The position numbers were made by a program, and so were the translations under genes. Below, piece after piece: positions 28,601 through 36,400 of a stretch of 64,000 nt of DNA. The stretch is from Holophagae bacterium (GTDB lineage Bacteria > Acidobacteriota > Holophagae > Acanthopleuribacterales > Acanthopleuribacteraceae). Numbering within the stretch: position 1 is the first letter of the stretch; every line of letters begins with the position of its first letter. A model generated the notes under the pieces. That model searched no databases. It saw nothing but the letters and a program-made list of their open reading frames with translations, and was not told where the DNA came from. Where the stretch lies: positions 186,753 to 250,752 of the forward strand of contig JAJCXM010000020.1 of the NCBI GenBank assembly GCA_029263455.1. Reading direction: 5' to 3'.

Positions 28601-30974
28601 CTTCCTCGGATTGGATCGATTCGAGCCGTCTTTTGATGCCTTGCACTATTCTTTCGCTAGCCTGAAAAACGCCCTGCACTTGCTGGTTGCGTTTTTCCAA
28701 TAAGCCGAAACGTCGATTTTCAAATGCGGTTATCAACTCTTCGCGCCGTTCCGCGAGAATGACTAAAAAACGAGTGCTGTCAGCAAACCGTGTTTCCATT
28801 TCCTCGAGATGCATGATCAAACGATTTAGGTTTTGGTCACAGCTTTCGGGGTTATCGGCGGCTTCGATGAGATGGGTCAGATTCTGTTGGAATAGATTGA
28901 GTTGAGCGGCAAAAGCTACTTGGTTTTCGCTTTCGGAAAATGCTTGAAGGCTTTGCTTGAGGCGAGCCTGAAAGTGGTTGAGCTTCTGGAAAAAGAGCGT
29001 GAGATGTTCGAGGATGGCACTTATTTGAGTGGCGTCCTCGACTTCAATGCGGTTGAGGATATCGAGCAGTAACTCAAGATCGGCGGTAAGTTGGTAACCG
29101 CGCTTTTCCAATTCGCGGCCTTCAGCGGCTTTGTTGATGTTGGTGAGCTCTTGGTCCAGATCATTGAGTTGATTGGCGTAAGGGTCAAGCGCCGAATCGC
29201 TGAGCAAGAAGGTAACGAGTAGACTTGTTGCTTCCTGAATTGCATGGGTTGCCTTTTCATTCAATCCAGCCAAATGTTCGAGATCCATATAAGGCTTTTC
29301 GCGATGACTTTCAATGGCACCCTTTGCCTGCCTCAAGTCGGTTAATACCGACAAGAAAGCGCTTACGTCTGGCATCGGAGCGCGCGTCCTGTCGATGGCG
29401 CCTTTTACAAGTTTCTCTAACGAGCCTGAATGTCGTTTGGCATCTCGTTGGTAAGCCAGCACCTTTTCATAGACTTCGATGGCTTGCTGCGATGTCGACC
29501 GTATTTCTTTGAGAGGACCTATTAAATCAATCTCGGACTGTTGTATCCAATGAAAGGCTTCTAACGTTTGGTCGACCATCTTGACGAGGTCACGAAAAAA
29601 GGATTCATGCAGTTGGGCGGAGCGAACGACCTTTATTAGTTCGTTTGATTCGCCCAGGAATCGGACCAGGTCGCGGTTGCCAATTTTGGTTATCATCGGA
29701 TCGTCGCCCGATTGGGCTACGGCAGGTTGACGGTTGTAAGGCGTATTCCAAATTTGGATCGCATGGTGTTTTTGCGGTTCGTCGTCAGCGCGAAAGAAAA
29801 GTAACTGGCCATCTTCAAATAGTGAATAGCCATGGCATTGAATGGGATTGCCCATCTCGGCCGCAATGAGGTTGTAAGACATCAATACGTAGACGCCGAT
29901 TTGTGGCTGAAAGAACACATACAGGTAGTCTTCTCCGTTTGGTGCTGATATCTTTCGCTCGAACTTTAAGCCTCGTATTTGGTTCTCGAAAACGCGCAAA
30001 TTGCCATTGATAGAATAGGTGCCACTGGAAAACACAAGTCCGGAATCGCTAGGCAAAAGTAGACAGCAATCCGCCATTCCATCTGCCCTATGCACCGTCT
30101 TGAGCTTTTCGTTGAATATGAAATAACGATCTGACTTTTCCTGGAATGGTCTGATCTTGAGAAAGATGAGGTGCCCAAAAATGGCGTAGCGAATGTCTGC
30201 GTCATCTAAGGTCTGGTCATGTTGTTCTACCGGCTCGGTGTAGATTCCGGCACCCGATTCCGTGTTGTCTTCCACTTTGATCGTCAGGTCGCCGCCGATT
30301 GTTTCGACGAAAACCCGATCCTCAATGGATACGTGTGGGTGAAGTCCACTACTATGGGAATCACGCGTTGTTCGGGTCCACTGAAAATCGAATTGATTGG
30401 GATAGACGAACTCGTGATCGCTGCGGTTATCCACATATTTCAGTTGGTCGCCTTCGTGAACCCATTTAAATGTTTTGAGTTCTTGGCCTTCCAGACTTAC
30501 CTGAAAAACCATAAACAGGTAGGGTCCCACTATTGAAAACTTATAGAAGCGGGTGTGTTTGTAGTATTTGTAAAGGCTCTTGAAGTCGGCTTGAAAACGA
30601 TCTGACGCAATTAAATTCAAGTCATCTTGAAGCATAATGCTGCCATCCCAGCGATGGATGGAGAAGACGTCTTCAAGATTCGTTTCTGTCTTTAGACCAA
30701 ATCTGACGTTGAAGCCAAACAGGAAGTGATGCCCAAGAGCCACCATATCGATAGGCACACAATTGTGCTCAGATATGATGTGCTCTGTTGTCACTAATTG
30801 GCTTGGCTGACTGCCAAACGTTGATTTACGTCGTGTATTAAGCTCAGTCAACCCTACATTGAATTGATCGCTCTGTTGAGTTAGCCGTTTCCGTATGGTC
30901 TCGAAAGTGGACTGGTCCCATGCTGAACCGGTTGGACTTTGTGCGGGCTCCATGCAATATCCTTCTTCACACAA
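25629..30974 (-). CDS. Giant (1781 aa) protein with a single MoxR/midasin-type AAA+ ATPase domain, long central coiled-coil region and a beta-rich N-terminal domain
   Basis: Walker A 'LLLVSPPGYGKTTLIEYIA', Walker B 'VMIYLDDIQ', sensor-1-like 'VCVVMAGNPYTESGARFQIPDMLANRADTYNL' (compare MoxR 'ATQNP...LPEAQLDRF'). These lie at about aa 1250-1440. Before them is roughly 500 aa of heptad-rich, Q/E/L-rich sequence. No VWA or nuclease motif seen. It is the last gene of the NfeD-flotillin operon. Confidence 0.75.
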   Translation of the reverse strand: MCEEGYCMEPAQSPTGSAWDQSTFETIRKRLTQQSDQFNVGLTELNTRRKSTFGSQPSQLVTTEHIISEHNCVPIDMVALGHHFLFGFNVRFGLKTETNLEDVFSIHRWDGSIMLQDDLNLIASDRFQADFKSLYKYYKHTRFYKFSIVGPYLFMVFQVSLEGQELKTFKWVHEGDQLKYVDNRSDHEFVYPNQFDFQWTRTTRDSHSSGLHPHVSIEDRVFVETIGGDLTIKVEDNTESGAGIYTEPVEQHDQTLDDADIRYAIFGHLIFLKIRPFQEKSDRYFIFNEKLKTVHRADGMADCCLLLPSDSGLVFSSGTYSINGNLRVFENQIRGLKFERKISAPNGEDYLYVFFQPQIGVYVLMSYNLIAAEMGNPIQCHGYSLFEDGQLLFFRADDEPQKHHAIQIWNTPYNRQPAVAQSGDDPMITKIGNRDLVRFLGESNELIKVVRSAQLHESFFRDLVKMVDQTLEAFHWIQQSEIDLIGPLKEIRSTSQQAIEVYEKVLAYQRDAKRHSGSLEKLVKGAIDRTRAPMPDVSAFLSVLTDLRQAKGAIESHREKPYMDLEHLAGLNEKATHAIQEATSLLVTFLLSDSALDPYANQLNDLDQELTNINKAAEGRELEKRGYQLTADLELLLDILNRIEVEDATQISAILEHLTLFFQKLNHFQARLKQSLQAFSESENQVAFAAQLNLFQQNLTHLIEAADNPESCDQNLNRLIMHLEEMETRFADSTRFLVILAERREELITAFENRRFGLLEKRNQQVQGVFQASERIVQGIKRRLESIQSEEEINTFLASDLMVEKLHSLVDKLRAFGDEVRAEEIDARFKATRNDALRQWRDKRDLYNADNSIRLGKHTFSTQSFALDVSLVQVQKKWGVQVTGTQFFEQIEDQQLIDFQEVWQQESAIESESLYAGCVLAHQVLTANAQATEPDWPKLVDQYLKDHALSGYVKGVHDQDAAKIASALWQCKQDLGSLVFSPETRGRVCYAWHFLVKDEDRQELLQSSAAFQALRLQPTKGIPAYFLQQCHEALVDCQSFVGAIEEAAQFLGRALLHQSFASVSQAAFDAALNFKLALKNQGRGEAFLKSVSSLANQQVTKWELCLGWLNRFDVHEPLRDEVAAMLLSPIESWIPNHTSERFEVSGLAGNHSTLQAGVLSTGYRQLVAQLRDHCGRINDLFNRFQQRKKEIISQWQNQLKLDRFRPRVLTSFVRNRLIDTVYLPMVGDNLAKQIGASGDQKRTDLMGLLLLVSPPGYGKTTLIEYIADRLGLVFVKINGPSIGHAATSLDPAEAPHASAREEIEKLNLAFQLGDNVMIYLDDIQHCNPELLQKFISLCDAQRRIEGVWKGESVSYDLRGRKVCVVMAGNPYTESGARFQIPDMLANRADTYNLGDVIGGEFDAFKRSYVENCMTSNQTLAQIARSYPQDIHHLLDVAEGRDEFDPSKVSGDYASTLVEDAVRVARKLIYVRECLLKVNSAYMESAAQADEYRTEPAFKLQGSYRNMNKISEKVLAITDDAELDAILLDHYENEAQTLAKGTESNMLKFRELMGWQSDEQVKRWQDIKKDYARNAMFRGSGENDSVAQMLTQMVLFQEGLERIGKALRVGVRALQKPAPEFPKQIESQWSEPQWQELLNLVRQLAPQEDSEFVVDKETGLPSGFLERHGFNVKKLGGSHFEIRRHKGVPVDLNARGTQLSYEVDLGQLLEQESEQLIKQLRSLNRRIYPVSFSAKGIKNGGHSLKLQVKVEKADMNGLKWLSVFDALQKASDYATKILQSIK

Positions 30975-31012
30975 TCAAACGTACTGGGGCGCCAGGGCGC
31001 CCCTTGGATGGA

Positions 31013-32989
31013 TTAGTCAAGCCACTTGGCGGCGCGCTCATTTTCCAGATTCTTGGATTCGGTCAGTTTCAAGAGTTGCGTCAATTCGGCCTTGATATCG
31101 GCAGAGGGAGCGGACTCCGATAAGCGCCACATCAGTTTGGCTAAGGACAGGTCACGCACGTCACTGGCCTGGACACCAAGTTGGTCGAGAATTTGTCGCA
31201 GTCTACTTCCGAATTGACCTTTATCGCCCGTTAGCAGGGCATCTTTTGCATCAGTTAGGAGTTGCGAGTTATCGACCATCCTATCAATGTAACGACCTTG
31301 CGAGATACCAGATACGATCTTGTCGAAGAAGGTTGTCTCGCCACCCACAATTTCGATTTTAGCGGCGCGCAATGCTTCGGATAGTACCTGTGCTTGAGCA
31401 TCGGCAATATCCTTCTGAATTCGAATTTGAGCCAGATCAATATCTCTTTCCTTGTTGAGTTTGAGCTTGAACTCTTCATGGTCTTTACCTACGCCGTCTA
31501 ATAACTTCATGCTTTCGGCTTTCTGACGTAGTCCTTGAGCTTCAGCTGAAGCCTTACGCTCGATCACGTTCGCTTCGGCCGTGCCTTCCTGTTCGAGCGC
31601 GTGTGCTCGCGCTTCCATGACACGTACTTCACTAAGTCCCATGGTCGCTTCTTCTACCGCTCGCGCGTCGGCCAGTGTTTTCATGGCCTCAGCCTTTTTG
31701 GAGGCGGCTTTGAATTCGGCTTCAGCCTCGATTAGCGTTTGTGCGGCCTGTAATTCGCTGGCCTGTTTGCCAGCCTCGGCAGCCCTAACCCGACTGACCA
31801 GTGATTCTTGTGCCTGCATTTCGGCGTGCGTCACAGCCACATTCTTGGTGCGGTTTGCAGCAGCTAGAGCTTGGACATCTTTGATGAGCTCTTGTTCTTC
31901 AACCACAGCTTTTTCAACGATGACACGCTCTCGAATTAGGTCTTGTATGTTCTTACGCTCCTGTTCGATGGCTCTTGTTTTTTCGAATTCAGCTAGCGCG
32001 ACGATGCGTTCGCGTTCATTGACTTCAAGGAGGCGATCCTTTTCAACCCGTTCCCGTTCAACTACCTGGGTTCGTTCTTTGCTCATTTGAGCGACGATCA
32101 CCTGGCGATCTTTATTCTCTTCTGCTACCTGTACTTCTTCATCCGTGATAATTCTTGCCCGTTCGGATTTCAACCTTTCCTCTTGGGTAACCTTGAGTGT
32201 TTCAGCACTTTCTCTAGCTTGGGCCGTCTCAACTTCACGCTTTTTGCGTGCTTCTGTCTCCGCCAACTGGCGTTTGAGTTCAAGGATGGCTTCGCGCGCT
32301 TCCACATCTTGTTTGGTGATCGTCTTTTCTCGTTCACGGTCGATTTGATTGGCAAGTACCTTTTGCTGAGCCGTGATTTCCGTGATCTTCTTGATGCCTT
32401 CGGAATCAAGGATATTGTCTGGATTCAAATGCTCCAGTGGCGTTTGCTCTAGAAAATCAATCGCGCAATCATCCAATACGAAGCCGTTGAGATCAGTCCC
32501 GATGATCTGAAGAATTTCCGTCTTAAATCGGTCTCGCGCCTCGTATAACTCAACAAAATCGAATTGCTTACCCACTGTCTTTAGGGCTTCTGAGAATTTG
32601 GCATCGAAGAGTTCAACTAATGACTGCTGTTTGGAGGCTCGTTCGCAACCGAGGCTTTGAGCGACTTTTAATGCGTCTTCTGAGGTTTTATTTACGCGTA
32701 CAAAAAATGCGACCTTAATATCGGCTCGCATGTTGTCCATACACACCAATCCCTCTTTACCTACGCGCTGAATCTCCACACGTTTTACGCTGAGATCCAG
32801 CACCTCAGCACGATGTAAAACTGGGAAAACGAAGGTGCCTGAAAAAGTAACCTTGGATCCTCCCATCCCGTTTCGAATCAAAGCTTTACCTTGATCTACC
32901 TTGACGTAACATTTGGTTACCATGGCAAGAATGCCCATGCCCATAACCAATATGATGCCAACAACTATCAATAACATTGCTTCTGGCAT
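31013..32989 (-). CDS. Flotillin / SPFH (band-7) family protein, YqiK/FloT-like, with extended coiled-coil tail
   Basis: N-terminal TM ('LLIVVGIILVMGMGILAMV'). SPFH core 'VKVDQGKALIRNG....KVTFSGTFVFPVLHRAEVLDLSVKRVEI...MRADIKVAFFVRV'. Long EA/ER-rich coiled coil. Only 18 nt from the upstream NfeD-like gene. Confidence 0.8.
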   Translation of the reverse strand: MPEAMLLIVVGIILVMGMGILAMVTKCYVKVDQGKALIRNGMGGSKVTFSGTFVFPVLHRAEVLDLSVKRVEIQRVGKEGLVCMDNMRADIKVAFFVRVNKTSEDALKVAQSLGCERASKQQSLVELFDAKFSEALKTVGKQFDFVELYEARDRFKTEILQIIGTDLNGFVLDDCAIDFLEQTPLEHLNPDNILDSEGIKKITEITAQQKVLANQIDREREKTITKQDVEAREAILELKRQLAETEARKKREVETAQARESAETLKVTQEERLKSERARIITDEEVQVAEENKDRQVIVAQMSKERTQVVERERVEKDRLLEVNERERIVALAEFEKTRAIEQERKNIQDLIRERVIVEKAVVEEQELIKDVQALAAANRTKNVAVTHAEMQAQESLVSRVRAAEAGKQASELQAAQTLIEAEAEFKAASKKAEAMKTLADARAVEEATMGLSEVRVMEARAHALEQEGTAEANVIERKASAEAQGLRQKAESMKLLDGVGKDHEEFKLKLNKERDIDLAQIRIQKDIADAQAQVLSEALRAAKIEIVGGETTFFDKIVSGISQGRYIDRMVDNSQLLTDAKDALLTGDKGQFGSRLRQILDQLGVQASDVRDLSLAKLMWRLSESAPSADIKAELTQLLKLTESKNLENERAAKWLD

Positions 32990-33006
32990 TTTTCCCCTCC
33001 TACGAC

Positions 33007-33651
33007 TTAATCTATCGGCTCTACGATATAACTGTGTGGACCATCAACCGCAATAATCCTAACCAGCTCGCCTTTCGCGACTTTAATGCCGGGCCGCGTT
33101 CGAATATTGATGCGCACGAATGAATCTCGTGATTTTGCTTCGGCCTGACCTAGTCGCTGGTCGTCAGCTGCGCTTAATACGGTACCTGTTAGTCCAATTA
33201 CATTTTTTAGCTGGTGTTCTTCAGACATCATGCGACCAAAAACAGCCCTCAATGGCCAAAGCAGTAATCGCGTGGTGATAAAACACAGCAACATGTTTGC
33301 AAGCAGAACTAATGCTGCCATTTTCCAACTGTCGGTTTGAAGCCAGTAGTTGGACATGATGACGGCGATCCACATAAGCAGTACAAAAGCGCTTGCTATG
33401 ACTGTGACTGGTACTTGACCGACATATAAGAAACTCAATAGCCCGTGTACTAATCCGCCACCTGTCTCGAGTTCAGTTTCCAATTCCGTTTCAACGTCAA
33501 GATCAGCTTCCGCCACGTCAATGTCAAAATCAAGCACGTCCAGATCCAGAACACCAATGATGACACTCAACCAATAGAAAACAGCCAAGCCCAACAACAT
33601 GGTGAAAACGACGTTGTATGGTTGTATGGAGAACTTGAGTAGTTCGATCAT
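33007..33651 (-). CDS. NfeD/YqiJ-like membrane protein (flotillin partner)
   Basis: 214 aa with TM helices, an acidic loop ('DVLDFDIDVAEADLDVETELETELE'), and a C-terminal OB-fold-like soluble domain ('IGLTGTVLSAADD...SFVRINIRTRPGIKVAKGELVRIIAVDGPHSYIVEP') typical of NfeD-family proteins encoded next to flotillins. Confidence 0.65.
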   Translation of the reverse strand: MIELLKFSIQPYNVVFTMLLGLAVFYWLSVIIGVLDLDVLDFDIDVAEADLDVETELETELETGGGLVHGLLSFLYVGQVPVTVIASAFVLLMWIAVIMSNYWLQTDSWKMAALVLLANMLLCFITTRLLLWPLRAVFGRMMSEEHQLKNVIGLTGTVLSAADDQRLGQAEAKSRDSFVRINIRTRPGIKVAKGELVRIIAVDGPHSYIVEPID

Positions 33652-33843
33652 GGGAACCTCCCCCTTGGCTCATTACCTGTATGCGTATGCTAGCGCATTC
33701 TATTTAAAGTGTGGAAATGGGCGGCTAATACAGTCGCGACCGAACCACAACTGAGTCCGCTTGGACTCATCATGTTCTGCTTGTTAATGTCGCTGATAAC
33801 CCCCCTCGTGACGATCAGCATTTTGACGCTATTTAATATCTAT

Positions 33844-34428
33844 TTACGTATTTTCTGGTAATTTTGTTTTGTTATCTCGTTGCGACCATTCGCGTTCAAG
33901 CCGCAGCGCCGCTTCCACGGCAGTCGTCAATGCGTCAGTAGCTTGCGTTAATGGCCGACCGTCCCATTGGAAATAACGGGGTGCGTCGACGGCAACCAGC
34001 TCGAGGGCTTGAATGACTTGTTGGGTGCGGTCCAGTAATTCGTCTCGCTGGGCTAGATTTTGTTCGATGCGTTGGTTTACTAAGGGAGAGTCGCTCTTTA
34101 TTTGACTTGACTGGTGAAGTTGCTGGGCTTGTAGGATAAGGCGTTTCCCTTCGCTAAACGCTTGCTGTGACTTGTTCAGCCAATCGTTGACCAAATCGCT
34201 GGGTCGCCTTTGTCGTTCTTTTTCTAGAATACGTAGAGCCTGATCTAGTGCTGAATCAAGTTGCGCAGAGGCCGTTTCTGCGCGACGCCAAATCGTCGTC
34301 GGACTTTCAACTGATTGGGATACTTCGTCTTTGTGACTTTGTCGACGAGCTCGTAAGATCCACCAAACCATGGCGCTGATGGCAGCGACATACAAGAACG
34401 CGATGCCTAGCCATTCCAACACGAGCAT
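33844..34428 (-). CDS. Hypothetical membrane-anchored coiled-coil protein
   Basis: 194 aa. N-terminal TM ('LEWLGIAFLYVAAISAMVWWIL'), then a Q/R/E/L-rich helical region. Same strand as the flotillin operon, between the Hsp70-like and NfeD-like genes. Confidence 0.45.
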   Translation of the reverse strand: MLVLEWLGIAFLYVAAISAMVWWILRARRQSHKDEVSQSVESPTTIWRRAETASAQLDSALDQALRILEKERQRRPSDLVNDWLNKSQQAFSEGKRLILQAQQLHQSSQIKSDSPLVNQRIEQNLAQRDELLDRTQQVIQALELVAVDAPRYFQWDGRPLTQATDALTTAVEAALRLEREWSQRDNKTKLPENT

Positions 34429-34548
34429 CTCCTAACAGGGCTGTGGTGGCGCGCGAACTTTTTGTTTTTGTAGCTGCCAACAAAGAGTGATTCTACGTAG
34501 ATGTTTATGCTACAGGTCCCTTTCGAATCAAGATTCTTGAGATTACTA

Positions 34549-36225
34549 TTACCTTAATTGTAAGACTGGGTGACGATCTAACAGTAGGTTTTTGTTCCGT
34601 AAGTCGCGCACGGTGGCGATTAGCCAGCGTTCTTCATCGATGCCGAACTGGATTTCGAGACGCGGATTCTTGTCCGATGGCCAGTGCGGTGGGTTCAAAT
34701 CGCCTAGCGTCGGGTTTTCTTCATTTAGAGCCACCACAATGCGGTCATCGCTATGACGCAATAAATGGGCCTGACCATCAGCGTCCCAGGCGACTTCGTT
34801 TTGGGTCCCAAGTTTACGGCCGATTTCGCAGATGACCAGTTTAAATGTTTCCTCTGGTTCGCCATGAGCACATGTTGGGATGAACCTGCCAGTCCAGTGA
34901 TTGTGCAAGGTTGGGTACTTCGTTCCGCCTCTAATCACGAGCTGGTGCTGGGCTTGATGGGTCTTCATGTCCCAGGCTCGAATGGCGTAGTCGTGGAATA
35001 TCTGGTCCTGAGCGGGTAGTGAGCCAGAGCTAAATACAGCTGCGCCCAAGGTAACCGCGTGAAATGGCTGCCATGCCTTTATGTTCGCCCGTCCGAAACG
35101 CTGTTCTACACGTGAATAGACCTCTGGCAAGAGGGTGGAGCCGCCGACCAGTAGGACCTGTTCATAAAGGGTGTGATTACGTTGCGAGGCGTTGATCACT
35201 TGATCTATCGCATGATCAAGGCGTTGATAAAATTGCTTAGCCGCGAGTAGACCAATCAAATCAGCGCGCGCCATGCTAAATTCACGCGGTTTCTTTCGCG
35301 CTGTTCGGCGAATTAGGCTTGGCGGTATTTCGAGTGAAAAAGGGACAGGGTCCTGGAAGAAAAGACGCTCCTTTATTTGACAACATTCTTCAAGAACGAG
35401 TTTCATCCACCAGTTCGTCAGGTGATCAGAGGCAACGTTGGGGTCAGGTAAACCGAGCTGTTCGCACACAAATTGGGCTATCCAATTGTCCACGTCATTG
35501 CCGCCCAGTTGCTCACCCCACTTTCCTAACACCTGAGCATGCCCTTCTTTCATGCTCTCGTAGTTGATGGACATCGCTACCAGATCCAATGTGCCAGCGC
35601 CAAAATCGATGACCAAGACATGCGTGTCTTTTTGTATTTGCGCACCATATCCAAGCGCCGCGGCAACCGGCTCGTCTACAAAGCGAGCGGTCATTCCAAG
35701 GGAAGCTGCGATCTGTTTGAGTGCACCGCGATAGGATTCGTAGCAATCGACTGGCGTGCCAAAAACGATTTCGTTGGGCCGCCAACCCAAGGTTCGTGTG
35801 GCGCTCGCAAGTAACTCACGAACGTATAGCTGGGTTGTCTTATAGACAGCGGTTTGTGTCACCTTTCCCCTTGCGCATAGATCTAATAATTCGCTTTTGA
35901 ATCCAATGCGATAGTTTTTTTGCCGCTGATGGGCGTCGGCGTTAGCTGCCTCTAAGCCAATCTTTGCCCTCGATCCGATAAAACGAGTGCGTTCAATCCA
36001 AGGCCATGAGCCTAACCTGCTTAACCAGTTTGGAGCCTGATCTATTAATACAGCAGAGGGGATGGTTGCCGCGTCATCGATGGTGACATCGCTAAAGCTA
36101 CTCTTTTGCCGTGAAATGCCTGGCAGGCGGATCAGATCGGGCAGTTCACGTTGGCTATCCCAAATGGAGAGTCCCGTGTTGGTGGTGCCCAAATCCAAGG
36201 CAATAGTGCGTTTTGACAAGATCAC
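34549..36225 (-). CDS. Hsp70-family (actin-fold) ATPase, nucleotide-binding domain only, no canonical DnaK substrate-binding domain
   Basis: Phosphate-1 'IALDLGTTNTGLSIWD', phosphate-2 'VLVIDFGAGTLDLVAM' and the adenosine motif 'VLLVGGSTLLPEV' match DnaK NBD signatures. The C-terminal roughly 170 aa are unrelated to the DnaK SBD. Confidence 0.75.
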   Translation of the reverse strand: MILSKRTIALDLGTTNTGLSIWDSQRELPDLIRLPGISRQKSSFSDVTIDDAATIPSAVLIDQAPNWLSRLGSWPWIERTRFIGSRAKIGLEAANADAHQRQKNYRIGFKSELLDLCARGKVTQTAVYKTTQLYVRELLASATRTLGWRPNEIVFGTPVDCYESYRGALKQIAASLGMTARFVDEPVAAALGYGAQIQKDTHVLVIDFGAGTLDLVAMSINYESMKEGHAQVLGKWGEQLGGNDVDNWIAQFVCEQLGLPDPNVASDHLTNWWMKLVLEECCQIKERLFFQDPVPFSLEIPPSLIRRTARKKPREFSMARADLIGLLAAKQFYQRLDHAIDQVINASQRNHTLYEQVLLVGGSTLLPEVYSRVEQRFGRANIKAWQPFHAVTLGAAVFSSGSLPAQDQIFHDYAIRAWDMKTHQAQHQLVIRGGTKYPTLHNHWTGRFIPTCAHGEPEETFKLVICEIGRKLGTQNEVAWDADGQAHLLRHSDDRIVVALNEENPTLGDLNPPHWPSDKNPRLEIQFGIDEERWLIATVRDLRNKNLLLDRHPVLQLR

Positions 36226-36400
36226 TCCATGAAAATCTACGATTGCGAGTGGTTTAATTGCTCATATCTGAGTGACATTTTTCTATTGACCTATTGAGTC
36301 TCAAATAGAGAGAAATGACTTGGCCAAATGGTTCGGGCTTGGCTTTTGTCTGTATAATGCGGATCTGTGCCGCGAAGACAATATATCATTAAGGGGAATC

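Noticed and set aside
31581-32452. 169-aa and 121-aa + strand ORFs inside the flotillin gene
   Set aside because: They are antisense to a strongly supported SPFH/flotillin CDS. The Ala/Ser-rich translations are artefacts of the EA-repeat coiled-coil coding sequence on the other strand.
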